Shown in pieces: positions 27,461 to 36,987 of a stretch of DNA of 64,000 nt; the first letter of the stretch is position 1; every line of letters begins with the position of its first letter. Below the pieces are notes generated by a model. The model was given only the letters and a program-made list of their open reading frames with translations. It was not told where the DNA came from and ran no database searches. The stretch is from a virus, in IMG/VR virus record IMGVR_UViG_3300043444_000140, positions 1-64,000 of that record; one strand, 5' to 3'. The translations under genes and the position numbers were made by a program.

Positions 27461-28039
27461 ATGGTTGACATCGTTCTTGATTCCGATGAATTAACAGTTC
27501 TTGGTGGACCATCAACAGTATCTGTTCAGGTGGATATCGGAGCCGAAGGCGACCGTGGATCAATTTTTGTTGTCGGTACAGGTGAGCCAAACTCTCTAAC
27601 TCAGAACAACACAGTTCTTGGCGTAACAGTGCAAGCGTATGATATGTACATTAACGTTGAGAAGGGTAGTCTTTATAGCAAGATGTATCAGTATGTGCCT
27701 GGAGATGGTGGCATACTAACTTGGGATCCAGTACTAACATTGCTTCCAGGATCATATGCCGTAAATAAGAGCGTCACCTTTTCATCTGGATCAGCATCAA
27801 TCTCCGACATCGCAGTAGCAGATATTGTAGACCTAGAGTCTATTTCTGGATTGACTGCTTCAAACTTTAATGTTCAGATCTCTTTTGTTGGCACAAACTC
27901 TGTTGCATCAGCAGTTACGGTATCAAATCCATCTGGAGGATTCTTGCCAATCGCCATCAAAGCACATGAATTTGATGGAACATCGTGGACTGCTCTCAGC
28001 GGTTCAAAAACAGTACACGTTCTCATTACTGTGGTATAA
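27461..28039 (+). CDS. Putative minor tail/fibre protein
   Basis: GxxGDRGS motif, beta-rich, context. Confidence 0.55.
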   Translation: MVDIVLDSDELTVLGGPSTVSVQVDIGAEGDRGSIFVVGTGEPNSLTQNNTVLGVTVQAYDMYINVEKGSLYSKMYQYVPGDGGILTWDPVLTLLPGSYAVNKSVTFSSGSASISDIAVADIVDLESISGLTASNFNVQISFVGTNSVASAVTVSNPSGGFLPIAIKAHEFDGTSWTALSGSKTVHVLITVV

Positions 28040-28058
28040 TCGTTTAAGGTGATTAATT

Positions 28059-28490
28059 ATGGCTGAAACTATTGGTGCACTAGTACCTACCTCAATACCG
28101 TCTCTTACGGAAAACGCAGATATACAGGCTGCTCTAAGACTGTACCACTATGGTGAAAACTTTGATCACACCAACAATGACGCAGGCGATCTTAATCCAG
28201 ACTCAGTTGCTGGACACATTAACGATCTAGATGAAAGAGTTACTGCAGTAGAGACCTCTGGTCCAGGAAGCAAGTATACTGCCGAGGCAGGTCTTCCAGC
28301 AACAATTCCAGATGGCTATATCTGGGTTGACTCAAATGCAAGCCTTGGATCTCAACCAGGTCTTGTAGCAGCCTATCAAACATCAACGCCATCAAATCCA
28401 GTTCTTGGATCTCTATGGGTAGATAGCACGGACACAAATGCACTATCGCTTAAGGTATATGATGGATCTACTTGGAAGGTGATTGTATAA
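28059..28490 (+). CDS. Putative fibre protein
   Basis: Repeated GxxWVDS motif, LKVYDGSTW. Confidence 0.55.
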   Translation: MAETIGALVPTSIPSLTENADIQAALRLYHYGENFDHTNNDAGDLNPDSVAGHINDLDERVTAVETSGPGSKYTAEAGLPATIPDGYIWVDSNASLGSQPGLVAAYQTSTPSNPVLGSLWVDSTDTNALSLKVYDGSTWKVIV

Positions 28491-29134
28491 TGCCACAAAC
28501 AAAGAGCAATGAGTCTAAAGTTGCATACATCTACTCAGCAGAAACTCAGACTTGGCATCCAGTAATTGGTATTGCAAGCACTCAGGCTAACTATACCTGG
28601 ACAGGAACCCACAACTTCAATGACCAGGTCGTAACATTTGAAGAGGTAGTTAGGGCACAGGCTGGTGTCAATAATTTTGATAATGAAACTGCACGTGACG
28701 TAGCCCTTTCGTCACCAGATCATGGAACAGTTGCTTTTGTTAAGACGGTAAACGGAGTTAGCAATGCAAATCAAATCCAGTATTACTCTGGCACAGCACC
28801 TTCAGGTTCGTGGGTAAACTACGCAGACGTATCTTTTGTTCCAAAGACATCAAACTATACCGTCGCCCTATCTGACTCTGGTAAGGCAATTACAGTAAAC
28901 TCTGGTTCAGCAGTAACGATTACAGTTCCTGTAAATTCATCTGTTCCATTTGCAATTGGAACAAGAATTGACGTTATTACGATTGGTAGCGGAGCAGTAG
29001 ACTTTGGAACCTCTGCTGGAGTAATTTTAAATAGCAAAAACTCGTGGAAAAAACTAAATGCCCAGTATTCTGCTGCCACCCTATTGAAGATTGACACAAA
29101 CACCTGGGTACTAATCGGTGACTTAAAGTCTTAG
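28490..29134 (+). CDS. Fibre protein with C-terminal WVLIGDL adaptor domain (module A)
   Basis: C-terminal ~90 aa aligns with C-terminus of 34863..36449. Confidence 0.7.
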   Translation: MPQTKSNESKVAYIYSAETQTWHPVIGIASTQANYTWTGTHNFNDQVVTFEEVVRAQAGVNNFDNETARDVALSSPDHGTVAFVKTVNGVSNANQIQYYSGTAPSGSWVNYADVSFVPKTSNYTVALSDSGKAITVNSGSAVTITVPVNSSVPFAIGTRIDVITIGSGAVDFGTSAGVILNSKNSWKKLNAQYSAATLLKIDTNTWVLIGDLKS

Positions 29135-29147
29135 GAGGGATGTAACG

Positions 29148-29729
29148 TTGGGTCTTGTAGGATATTTCGCTTCATCTTCTTCTAGAGTTATCGTTCCAAG
29201 CGTTCTTGGGCAGTCTGCCAGTTCTGCAAGTTCTATTCTGACCGCTGCAGGATTAACACCGCTTAGTGGAGGCTCTACATCTACAAATGCAACCTCTGGT
29301 AATGATGGCACAGTAGCGTCACAATCAATTTCCTCTGGCTCAGACGCTGAACGTGGCACTAACGTTTCATACGTTCTATATTCTTACACAGCACCATGTG
29401 TGCCTAACTGGCAAGTAACAAACACTACATCATCTTGCAGTAATTGCCAAACAACGTACTATGATACCTATACAGACGTAAATGGATGTGGACAGCAGCC
29501 ATACACATCTCCTAGATCTGGTGGATCTTGCGATTCTGGAACTACATCAACTCAAATTCAGGATTACGTAGAACTAGTTGGACAAAGTATGAATTCTTGT
29601 ACGTACTGGGGATACAGAAGAACTATTGTTACCAACATCTGCACCAACACAGTGGTTTCGGACACAACTGTACGTCGCCCAGAAGGAGACTACACTCAGA
29701 CTGGCACTGGCGGAACATGTGCCAACTAA
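29148..29729 (+). CDS. PASTA-domain plus Cys-rich putative fibre-tip protein
   Basis: VPSVLGQSASSASSILTAAGL...GTVASQS...GTNVSY PASTA pattern; Cys/Thr-rich C-half; AGGAGG RBS, TTG start. Confidence 0.7.
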   Translation: MGLVGYFASSSSRVIVPSVLGQSASSASSILTAAGLTPLSGGSTSTNATSGNDGTVASQSISSGSDAERGTNVSYVLYSYTAPCVPNWQVTNTTSSCSNCQTTYYDTYTDVNGCGQQPYTSPRSGGSCDSGTTSTQIQDYVELVGQSMNSCTYWGYRRTIVTNICTNTVVSDTTVRRPEGDYTQTGTGGTCAN

Positions 29730-29744
29730 TGATATAATTAATTT

Positions 29745-30056
29745 ATGAAAGACAAAGAAACCGCTAAGGTCAAGATAACAGTACTGGTTGGCGAAGAACT
29801 AGTCGGTGCCCACTACATATACGATGAAAACTACGATCTATATAAAGACCTAATTTCTGCAATAAAACGTGAAAACGTAGATAGCATCAGACTTATAGAC
29901 AATCCAAATGATAACTCTGGAAGACTAAAATATAAAACTTTTGGCTTTTTTGAGGGTACAGAACTGGTCGCCACACAAAGCCTTCTATACCCAAACCTTG
30001 AGGGTATGATTGCTGCATACCAGTCAGATCCAACCTTTATAATAGAAGAGTTCTAG
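29745..30056 (+). CDS. Small accessory protein (SDPTF motif)
   Basis: IAAYQSDPTF resembles motifs in 37496 and 38438. Confidence 0.55.
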   Translation: MKDKETAKVKITVLVGEELVGAHYIYDENYDLYKDLISAIKRENVDSIRLIDNPNDNSGRLKYKTFGFFEGTELVATQSLLYPNLEGMIAAYQSDPTFIIEEF

Positions 30057-30057
30057 A

Positions 30058-30303
30058 ATGAGCGAAGATAAAGAACTTACACCATGGCAAAAGTATAAGC
30101 AAAATCTTGGAGAAACTAGACCGTGGGATTTGCTAAACCCAAATACTGAATATGTATCAGACAAAGAGGCATCAAGAAGATATGCAATTTGCAGAGAATG
30201 TCCATTCTTCATATCAATTACAACTCAGTGCAAAAAGTGTGGCTGCCTAATGATAGGTAAAACTAGGATTGCAAAAGCGGAATGCCCAGAACATAAGTGG
30301 TAA
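30058..30303 (+). CDS. Small Cys-rich protein (DUF6171-like), copy 2
   Basis: RPWDL...ICRECPFF...QCKKCGCLM..KT....CP.HKW. Confidence 0.7.
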   Translation: MSEDKELTPWQKYKQNLGETRPWDLLNPNTEYVSDKEASRRYAICRECPFFISITTQCKKCGCLMIGKTRIAKAECPEHKW

Positions 30304-30339
30304 AAGAAAACCCCCAGAATTAACTGGGGGCTTCTTTTT
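30303..30339. terminator. Bidirectional intrinsic terminator
   Basis: CCCCCAG/CTGGGGG stem flanked by A- and T-tracts between convergent genes. Confidence 0.8.
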
Positions 30340-30341
30340 AT

Positions 30342-30920
30342 TTACAGTGTATCTATTAGACTTCTATAACTAATCTTAGAATAGTTACCGCCAAATTGTT
30401 TTACCGATTCGATTCTAGTTACCTCGCCTTTTCTGGGAGCATGAATCATTTCACCATTACCGATATAGATACCAACGTGGTACGCCTGCTTTGAGCCAAT
30501 ATATTTAAATACGACTAGGTCTCCAGGCTTTGGGTTTTTTGTTTTTGTTCCAGCATCATCCTGCACAGATGCACGATGCTCTAGAGATATATCTAGTTGT
30601 TCATAGAACCACATTGTAAGTCCAGAACAGTCCCATCCAGCAGGGGTGTTGCCAGAAAAGACATACCAGGTTTTTCCAACGGTATTCTTCAGTTTGTTAA
30701 CAACTGAAACTACCCTAACCCCATTATCAAGCAATGCCTCATTTCTAAGATATTCCTTGCTCATAAGAGTGGCAGTTGCCTTATACTCAAAAATTGAATT
30801 CAGGCTGTGATCTGTTGAAACACTTTGTTTTATTTCTTTAGTTGTAGTAGCACCTGCAGGTGAAGAGCAGGTTGTTAATACTAGGACTGAGAGCCCTATT
30901 GCAGCAATTTTAAGATTCAT
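30342..30920 (-). CDS. Secreted NlpC/P60 peptidoglycan peptidase
   Basis: YVFSG...WDCSG, PGDLV, HVGIYIGNGEMIHA; signal peptide; AAGGAGG RBS. Confidence 0.9.
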   Translation of the reverse strand: MNLKIAAIGLSVLVLTTCSSPAGATTTKEIKQSVSTDHSLNSIFEYKATATLMSKEYLRNEALLDNGVRVVSVVNKLKNTVGKTWYVFSGNTPAGWDCSGLTMWFYEQLDISLEHRASVQDDAGTKTKNPKPGDLVVFKYIGSKQAYHVGIYIGNGEMIHAPRKGEVTRIESVKQFGGNYSKISYRSLIDTL

Positions 30921-30949
30921 TTTGCTACCTCCTTTTTATTCTTTTCGTA

Positions 30950-31117
30950 GTTACGGTCCTGTCACGACCTTGGCGACAATATTTTTATTAGTGCGATAGC
31001 AAAAAATATTGGTCTTGGATTGTCACGATTGTCACTTTGTTGTTACGCTGTTTCATCATATTCCTCCTTAACGGAAAGACTTCCTTGTTGAAGGGAAGTC
31101 GTCCTATAATTATATCA
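30950..31117 (-). promoter_or_regulatory. nlpC leader: promoter, 5' hairpin, 23-aa uORF (30988..31059), two GTnAC-n6-GTnAC boxes
   Basis: TGATATAAT; GACTTCC/GGAAGTC stem; AAGGAGG-ATG uORF; boxes at 30950-30965 and 31031-31046. Confidence 0.55.
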
Positions 31118-31166
31118 GTATTTGCTACTGAATACTAATAGAATAATTCGTGATATAATTAACCTT

Positions 31167-31679
31167 ATGGCAACAGGAGAATCCCTCAATTTAGAACTAC
31201 CGTATCCGTTAGAGTCGGACCCAGTAAACGTACACGGAGACATTAAGACACTGGTAGACCGACTAGATATCGTCCTTCCATCGGCATCATACGTTGAAAT
31301 TCCTGTAATAAACAAGAGTGGATCATCTATTAGTGCAGGAACGCCAATTTACGTAACAGGGCACGACTCAACAAACGTTGAGGTAGACTTTTTCACTCCA
31401 GATATTACAAGTCCAATCCTAGGTCTAATGAAGGCAGCCACAGCAAACGATGCTGTTGGAGTTGCAGTTATTACTGGAATTCTTTCTGGAGTAAATACAT
31501 CTTCATACTCAGAGGGAGCAACATTGTATGTTGGAGAAAATGGCGGTCTGGTCTCCACCGTGCCAACTGGCGGTAGCCCAGCCGTAGGAATTGTGGCATA
31601 CGCAGATGCTACCAATGGAATTATTATTATTGGAGCAAAGGGAAACCCAACCTGGGGCTCTTTGAAGTCTGGTCTTTAA
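31167..31679 (+). CDS. Putative fibre/virion protein
   Basis: LELPYP..SD.V...DI..L start; SISAGTPIY domain; leaderless after TGATATAAT. Confidence 0.6.
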   Translation: MATGESLNLELPYPLESDPVNVHGDIKTLVDRLDIVLPSASYVEIPVINKSGSSISAGTPIYVTGHDSTNVEVDFFTPDITSPILGLMKAATANDAVGVAVITGILSGVNTSSYSEGATLYVGENGGLVSTVPTGGSPAVGIVAYADATNGIIIIGAKGNPTWGSLKSGL

Positions 31680-31702
31680 TCAATCGGTGGTATAATTTTA
31701 AT

Positions 31703-32059
31703 ATGGCTAGATCAAATGTATACGAGATGGGAAGCGTCCCTCCACAAATTATTTGGACCATTGTTCGTGGCGACACTGCATCATTTCGTGTCTACGTAAC
31801 AGATGACGCAAAACTCCCACTGCTCCTAGAAGAGTGGACTATAAAGGCTGACATTAAGCGTTCTGGCACATTGGTTGTATCCCTATCACCAGAACAAAAA
31901 GAAACAGACGGAGAAGGAGAGTTTACGGTTTCGCTGCTAGACTCGGAATCTGAACTGCTTGAGACTGGAGACATATTTGACATTCAGTTGTCAAACGACT
32001 CATATGTCTGGACAGTTGCCCAGGGATCCATGAAGGTAATTGAGGACGTGACCGACTAA
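31703..32059 (+). CDS. Virion beta-sandwich protein (RGDT paralog 3)
   Basis: WTIVRGDT. Confidence 0.6.
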   Translation: MARSNVYEMGSVPPQIIWTIVRGDTASFRVYVTDDAKLPLLLEEWTIKADIKRSGTLVVSLSPEQKETDGEGEFTVSLLDSESELLETGDIFDIQLSNDSYVWTVAQGSMKVIEDVTD

Positions 32060-32286
32060 TGATTAGGACTACTCTAACTAGAACAGAGTATCCAATTTTA
32101 AAAAGGTTGTCACAGTCTGAATATCCAAGAAAAGTAAAAATTTCTCAAAAGTCTATTAAAGTAAAAATCAACAATGATCTGCCATTTCGTGTTAAATTTT
32201 TGCCAGGCATTGTGACTGGATCAAGCCCAACAAATCCAGCACCAATTGGTATCGCTATCGTTGGTGTGAATAATTATATTCTTTAA
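32059..32286 (+). CDS. Small basic protein
   Basis: TAATG coupling. Confidence 0.5.
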   Translation: MIRTTLTRTEYPILKRLSQSEYPRKVKISQKSIKVKINNDLPFRVKFLPGIVTGSSPTNPAPIGIAIVGVNNYIL

Positions 32287-32306
32287 TAACTGATATAATA
32301 GTTTAT

Positions 32307-32744
32307 ATGGCACGAGCAACCCTAGCACATGTGAAATCAAAGTTTGAATCTGGAGACAGACCTACTCAGGCTGACTATCTAGATCTCATTGATACCCTTG
32401 TGCAACAGGCTACAGACTTGGGTTCTTCTGGAAACAATGAGAGTTCTGTTAGTGGAATTGAAAATCCAACTACAGTAGACTCCTATGACTGCACTACCTG
32501 GCGTTTTGTCAAGTACATGGTCACAATTTCTAAAACATCCACAAGCCAGTTCTACGCCACAGAGATTTCTATACTTTTTGACGGCACAAACATTAACGTC
32601 ACAGAGTACGGAACAATGGACAACGATGGGAATATGGGAACCATTAGCGTCTCTAGATCAGGAGATACAGTATCACTTATTGTAACTCCTGGAGCAATAA
32701 AGCCAGTTACCGTTCGATTCGCTCGTATGGGACTTAAGGCATAA
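32307..32744 (+). CDS. Putative virion protein
   Basis: FESGDRPTQADY..LID N-terminus; C-domain similar to C-terminus of 32759..34468. Confidence 0.6.
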   Translation: MARATLAHVKSKFESGDRPTQADYLDLIDTLVQQATDLGSSGNNESSVSGIENPTTVDSYDCTTWRFVKYMVTISKTSTSQFYATEISILFDGTNINVTEYGTMDNDGNMGTISVSRSGDTVSLIVTPGAIKPVTVRFARMGLKA

Positions 32745-32758
32745 TCTAAGGAGATAAA

Positions 32759-34468
32759 ATGGCAACAGTAAACAAAGACTTTAGAATTAAAGCAGGTCTT
32801 GTTGTTGAGGGAGCAAATGCTACCGTTAATGGCGAAGACATCATTACCACAGGAAGTTCGACAGACGACCTACAAGAGGGCAGTACTAATCTGTACTTTA
32901 CCGCTCAAAGAGCAGCAGACGCAGTAGCAGATGAAATCAGTTCGGCAGTATCTACAGCGGTAGATGCACTAACTACAGATGTTATTGAAGAAGGAACAAC
33001 AAACCTTTACTTTACTAATGAACGTGCTCAGGACGCTATCGGGACCGCAATTACAAATGGAACTCAGTCTGGTATTACAGTAACCTATGATGACACAGAT
33101 GGTGAAATTGCCTTCACAGTTGCTGACCAGTGGACAGGTAAAACAACCGATGACCTATCCGAGGGTGCAACAAACCTCTACTTCACCAACCAGAGAGCAC
33201 TTGACGCAACTGCCTCTGCTTACGACGTAGCAGGTGCAGCATCTACAGCCCAGGCTGCAGCAGAAAGTTATGCAGACGGCGTAGCAACTAGTGCAGAAAA
33301 CGCTGCAAAGTTGTATGCTGACGGTCTTGCAGTTAACTACGATCCTGCAGGTTCTGCAGATGCAGCAGAGGCTGCAGCAAATACCTATGCAGACGGAGTT
33401 GCTCTTACAGCAGAAAACAATGCAAAGGGTTATGCAGATACAGTTGCTCTCACGGCAGAGCAGAGTGCTAAGTCATATGCAGACTCTCTTGCAACTAACT
33501 ATGATCCAGCAGGATCTGCCCAGACAGCAGAAACAAACGCTGCATCTTATACAGACACAGCAATTGCAAACCTAGTTGACGGTGCACCAGCACTACTTGA
33601 CACCCTTAACGAACTTGCTGCAGCAATTAACGATGACGCATCATTCGCATCAACAATTGCTACATCAATTGGCGAAAAGGTTTCTAAGTCTGGCGATACC
33701 ATGACTGGAGAACTTGTTCTTGCAGCAGACCCAACACAGGCTCTTGCAGCAGCAACCAAGCAGTATGCAGACTCTGTAGCATCAGATGCATACAATGACG
33801 CAATTGCAACTGCAGATGGAACTGCCCAGACCTACGCAAACACTGCAGAGAATAATGCAAAGTCTTACGCAGACACTAACTTTGTTAACGTTGCAGATCT
33901 GCCTGGACAGTTGGATGACTATGTTCCACTAACAGACAAGGGCACAGCAAACGGTGTAGCAACACTAGACAGCAATGGCTTCGTTCCATCTTCACAGTTG
34001 AACATTGACGTATCTGGAGACATCTCTACAGCAATCAACGCACTTACAACATCGGATATTGAAGAGGGAACAAACCTATACTTCACTGACGAACGTGCAA
34101 TTGATGCGGTATCAGCAGCAGATATCTATCCAAATGCAGTTATTGTTAACAACGTATCTAAGACTGTTGCAAACACCCAGTCTGTATCTACCGCTTCTAC
34201 CGTCTCTGGAATCACCTGGGCAAAGGCAGACTACAAGTCTGCAAAGTTGGTAGTAAAGGCAGCAACTGCAACACATTCACAGGTATCTGAGATTATGGTT
34301 ACCCTAGACTCTTCGGACAACGTAGCGATTACCGAATTTGGTATTGTTTACACCGACACAGAGTTGGCTACCGTTACCGCAGATGTTTCTGGTACTGATG
34401 TTCGTGTTCGTGTAACAACTCTAAACGCATCAACAACTGTAACTGTAGTTGGAACACTATTGATCTAA
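32759..34468 (+). CDS. Long tail-fibre-like protein with internal repeats
   Basis: Four T.D..EG.TNLYFT..RA repeats, multiple A..YAD repeats, AP.LLDTLNELAAAI motif. Confidence 0.75.
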   Translation: MATVNKDFRIKAGLVVEGANATVNGEDIITTGSSTDDLQEGSTNLYFTAQRAADAVADEISSAVSTAVDALTTDVIEEGTTNLYFTNERAQDAIGTAITNGTQSGITVTYDDTDGEIAFTVADQWTGKTTDDLSEGATNLYFTNQRALDATASAYDVAGAASTAQAAAESYADGVATSAENAAKLYADGLAVNYDPAGSADAAEAAANTYADGVALTAENNAKGYADTVALTAEQSAKSYADSLATNYDPAGSAQTAETNAASYTDTAIANLVDGAPALLDTLNELAAAINDDASFASTIATSIGEKVSKSGDTMTGELVLAADPTQALAAATKQYADSVASDAYNDAIATADGTAQTYANTAENNAKSYADTNFVNVADLPGQLDDYVPLTDKGTANGVATLDSNGFVPSSQLNIDVSGDISTAINALTTSDIEEGTNLYFTDERAIDAVSAADIYPNAVIVNNVSKTVANTQSVSTASTVSGITWAKADYKSAKLVVKAATATHSQVSEIMVTLDSSDNVAITEFGIVYTDTELATVTADVSGTDVRVRVTTLNASTTVTVVGTLLI

Positions 34469-34479
34469 AACACCACGAG

Positions 34480-34512
34480 AATACCCCCCATGAAATACTG
34501 GGGGGTATTTTT
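34480..34512 (+). terminator. Intrinsic terminator
   Basis: AATACCCCCCA/TGGGGGGTATT stem, T-tract. Confidence 0.8.
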
Positions 34513-34546
34513 AATTAATGGTATAATTAGAACTTAGGAGAGCATT

Positions 34547-34804
34547 TTGACGACATCAAACAAAGACTTTAAGGTTAAAAATGGCATTGCCGTAGCAGGT
34601 AGTGGTACTTTTGGCGGACCAGTAGTCGTTGGATCTCCTACAGAACTAAACCATGCAGTTACATTAGAATATCTAGACGGATTACTGGCATCGCTAAACA
34701 TCACAAACGTAGATGGTGGAAACGTAGAAGGCGTTTCGGTGATTGACGGTGGAGACCCAGACACAACAGTTTGGGCTAGCACTCTAGACGGCGGTAATGT
34801 TTAA
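34547..34804 (+). CDS. Small fibre-associated protein
   Basis: NKDFKVKNG shared with N-terminus of 32759; DGG repeats. Confidence 0.6.
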   Translation: MTTSNKDFKVKNGIAVAGSGTFGGPVVVGSPTELNHAVTLEYLDGLLASLNITNVDGGNVEGVSVIDGGDPDTTVWASTLDGGNV

Positions 34805-34862
34805 TAATTATGTTATAATTAATTTGTACGCATGGGTAGACCCCACTAGGAGATTTTAAAAT

Positions 34863-36449
34863 ATGGCACAAAGAATGCAGCAAAGAAGAGGAACTGCTTC
34901 TCAATGGACATCTGCTAATACCGTTTTGGCTGCAGGTGAGATTGGTTTTGAAACAGATACCAATCAGTTTAAGATGGGTGACGGAGTTACCGCCTGGTCT
35001 TCACTATCGTACTTTAAGAACTTTGAAGATCTAGATACTAGCGGATACATCAAGGATGAAGAGAAGGGTGCCAATAATGGTGTTGCTACTCTCGATGGCT
35101 CTGGAAAACTAACATCCTCACAACTACCAACAATTGACGAACTAGCACAAGATGCTATAAATACCGCAATTATTGCAGGTAGTGGAATTGTCAAGGATTA
35201 TGACGATACAGCCAACCAGATTACAATTGCCGTTTCCGAATCTATCTCTACAACACAATACGTAGACGACGAGATTTCAACACACAATGGTGTCACGACA
35301 AACGTGCATGGAATTGCAGACACATCTCTTCTGGTCACTACAGCAGGAACCCAAACACTTACAAACAAGACATTGTCTGCTGCAGACAACTCCATCACTG
35401 TAAATCTCGCTGACGTTGTTGATGTCACCGCCTCAGTATCAGAATTAAACATTTTAGATGGTGCAACGCTAACAACTACAGAACTTAACTACGTTGACGG
35501 GGTGACCTCAGCGATTCAAGACCAACTGGACGATAAGGCTAATCTTTCTGGTGCAACATTTACAGGTGACGTAACTGTAGAAACAAACATCATCGTTGAG
35601 GGAAACCTTACCGTTTCTGGAACAACGACCACAATAGATGTTACAAATCTAGACGTTACAGACCCACTAATCTATTTGGCTTCAGAGCAATACGATGCAG
35701 ACGTACTTGACATCGGTATTTTTGGTGCATATGGAGATTCAAATCCTGGACACGCACATACAGGTCTTGTCCGTGATGCATCTGACGGAGGTAAGTGGAA
35801 ACTTGTTTCTGGAGCATCAGAGCCAACAGCAAACGTAATTGACTTTACTGGAGTAACATATGACACGCTAAAGGTTGGAGCACTTGAGACTGCAGGTATT
35901 ACTGCAACTGGAGATGTAGACTTTACAGGTGCAACAGTGACTGGAATTGATGCACTTCCATCTCAAACTGGAAACAGTGGAAAGTATCTTACAACAGATG
36001 GCACAGATGCATCTTGGGCGACCTTAAATGCAAGCCCAGCACTTGACGACCTATCTGACGTAACAGTCACTTCAGCAGCATCTAGTGACGTTGTATACTA
36101 CAATGGCTCTGCTTGGGTGAACAAGTACGTTCAGTCAATTCCAACCCTTACAAATGGTCAGTCTGGAACATCGTATACCTTGGTTCTTGGAGATGCTGGT
36201 AAAATTGTCGAAGTTTCAAACTCTTCTGCAATCACTCTAACTATTCCAACTAATGCCGATGTCGCATATCCAGTAGGAACACAAATCACAATTCTTCAAA
36301 CAGGTGCAGGACAAATTACTGTGGCTGCTCCTTCTGGCGGTACTTTAAATGCTACTCCAGGAACTAAACTTCGTGCTCAGTGGTCATCTGCAACACTTCT
36401 AAAGAGAGCAACAGACACCTGGGTGCTGATCGGAGACCTGACAGCATAA
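34863..36449 (+). CDS. Tail fibre with Mtd-N/hyaluronidase-type N-terminus and WVLIGDL C-terminal domain (module B)
   Basis: QRRGTASQWTSAN.VLAAGEIGFETDT..FKMGDG..AW..L.Y. Confidence 0.8.
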   Translation: MAQRMQQRRGTASQWTSANTVLAAGEIGFETDTNQFKMGDGVTAWSSLSYFKNFEDLDTSGYIKDEEKGANNGVATLDGSGKLTSSQLPTIDELAQDAINTAIIAGSGIVKDYDDTANQITIAVSESISTTQYVDDEISTHNGVTTNVHGIADTSLLVTTAGTQTLTNKTLSAADNSITVNLADVVDVTASVSELNILDGATLTTTELNYVDGVTSAIQDQLDDKANLSGATFTGDVTVETNIIVEGNLTVSGTTTTIDVTNLDVTDPLIYLASEQYDADVLDIGIFGAYGDSNPGHAHTGLVRDASDGGKWKLVSGASEPTANVIDFTGVTYDTLKVGALETAGITATGDVDFTGATVTGIDALPSQTGNSGKYLTTDGTDASWATLNASPALDDLSDVTVTSAASSDVVYYNGSAWVNKYVQSIPTLTNGQSGTSYTLVLGDAGKIVEVSNSSAITLTIPTNADVAYPVGTQITILQTGAGQITVAAPSGGTLNATPGTKLRAQWSSATLLKRATDTWVLIGDLTA

Positions 36450-36970
36450 TGGCACTATCAATTGGTAGAGTAGCAGCATCAGTTAGAAAACGCTTTGTTG
36501 ACACGTTTACTAGAACCAATACGTCTGGCTCCCTGGGTACCGCTACCGATGGATCTTCTTGGAATGCCACAAAAGGAACATTTACTGTAGACACCAACAA
36601 GGCAAAGGCAGCAACTACCGACTATCAGATTGCAACTCAGTCAATGCCATACCCAAACGTTGACCTTACGATTAAGTCTGTAACACAGGGTACTGGTGCA
36701 GCATTGTGGGTTACAGACTCTGGCAATTGGTGGGCAGTTGGCACAGACACTGGAGCAGGACAGTCCTGCAACTGTCAAACATGTTCTAATGCGTCATACG
36801 ATCCTGGATACTATTATGCTGGAAACACAAACTATGTTTATTCATGCCAGACATGCTCTAGTTATGGATGTAGCACATGTTACAACGCTTATACATGTCA
36901 GACATGTTATAACGCAAGCAATGCGATCTACTACTATCAGTCTTCAAACGGAGCCTGCATGATGCAGTAA
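36449..36970 (+). CDS. Cys/Tyr-rich tip protein, N-half
   Basis: TAATG coupling; DTFTR.N...LG beta-sandwich start, then CQTC repeats. Confidence 0.7.
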   Translation: MALSIGRVAASVRKRFVDTFTRTNTSGSLGTATDGSSWNATKGTFTVDTNKAKAATTDYQIATQSMPYPNVDLTIKSVTQGTGAALWVTDSGNWWAVGTDTGAGQSCNCQTCSNASYDPGYYYAGNTNYVYSCQTCSSYGCSTCYNAYTCQTCYNASNAIYYYQSSNGACMMQ

Positions 36971-36987
36971 GGGAAAGGTATAGAAAA

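Noticed and set aside
30920-31110. c-di-AMP (ydaO) riboswitch upstream of nlpC
   Set aside because: I could not find the conserved ydaO core segments by eye; an Rfam scan would settle it
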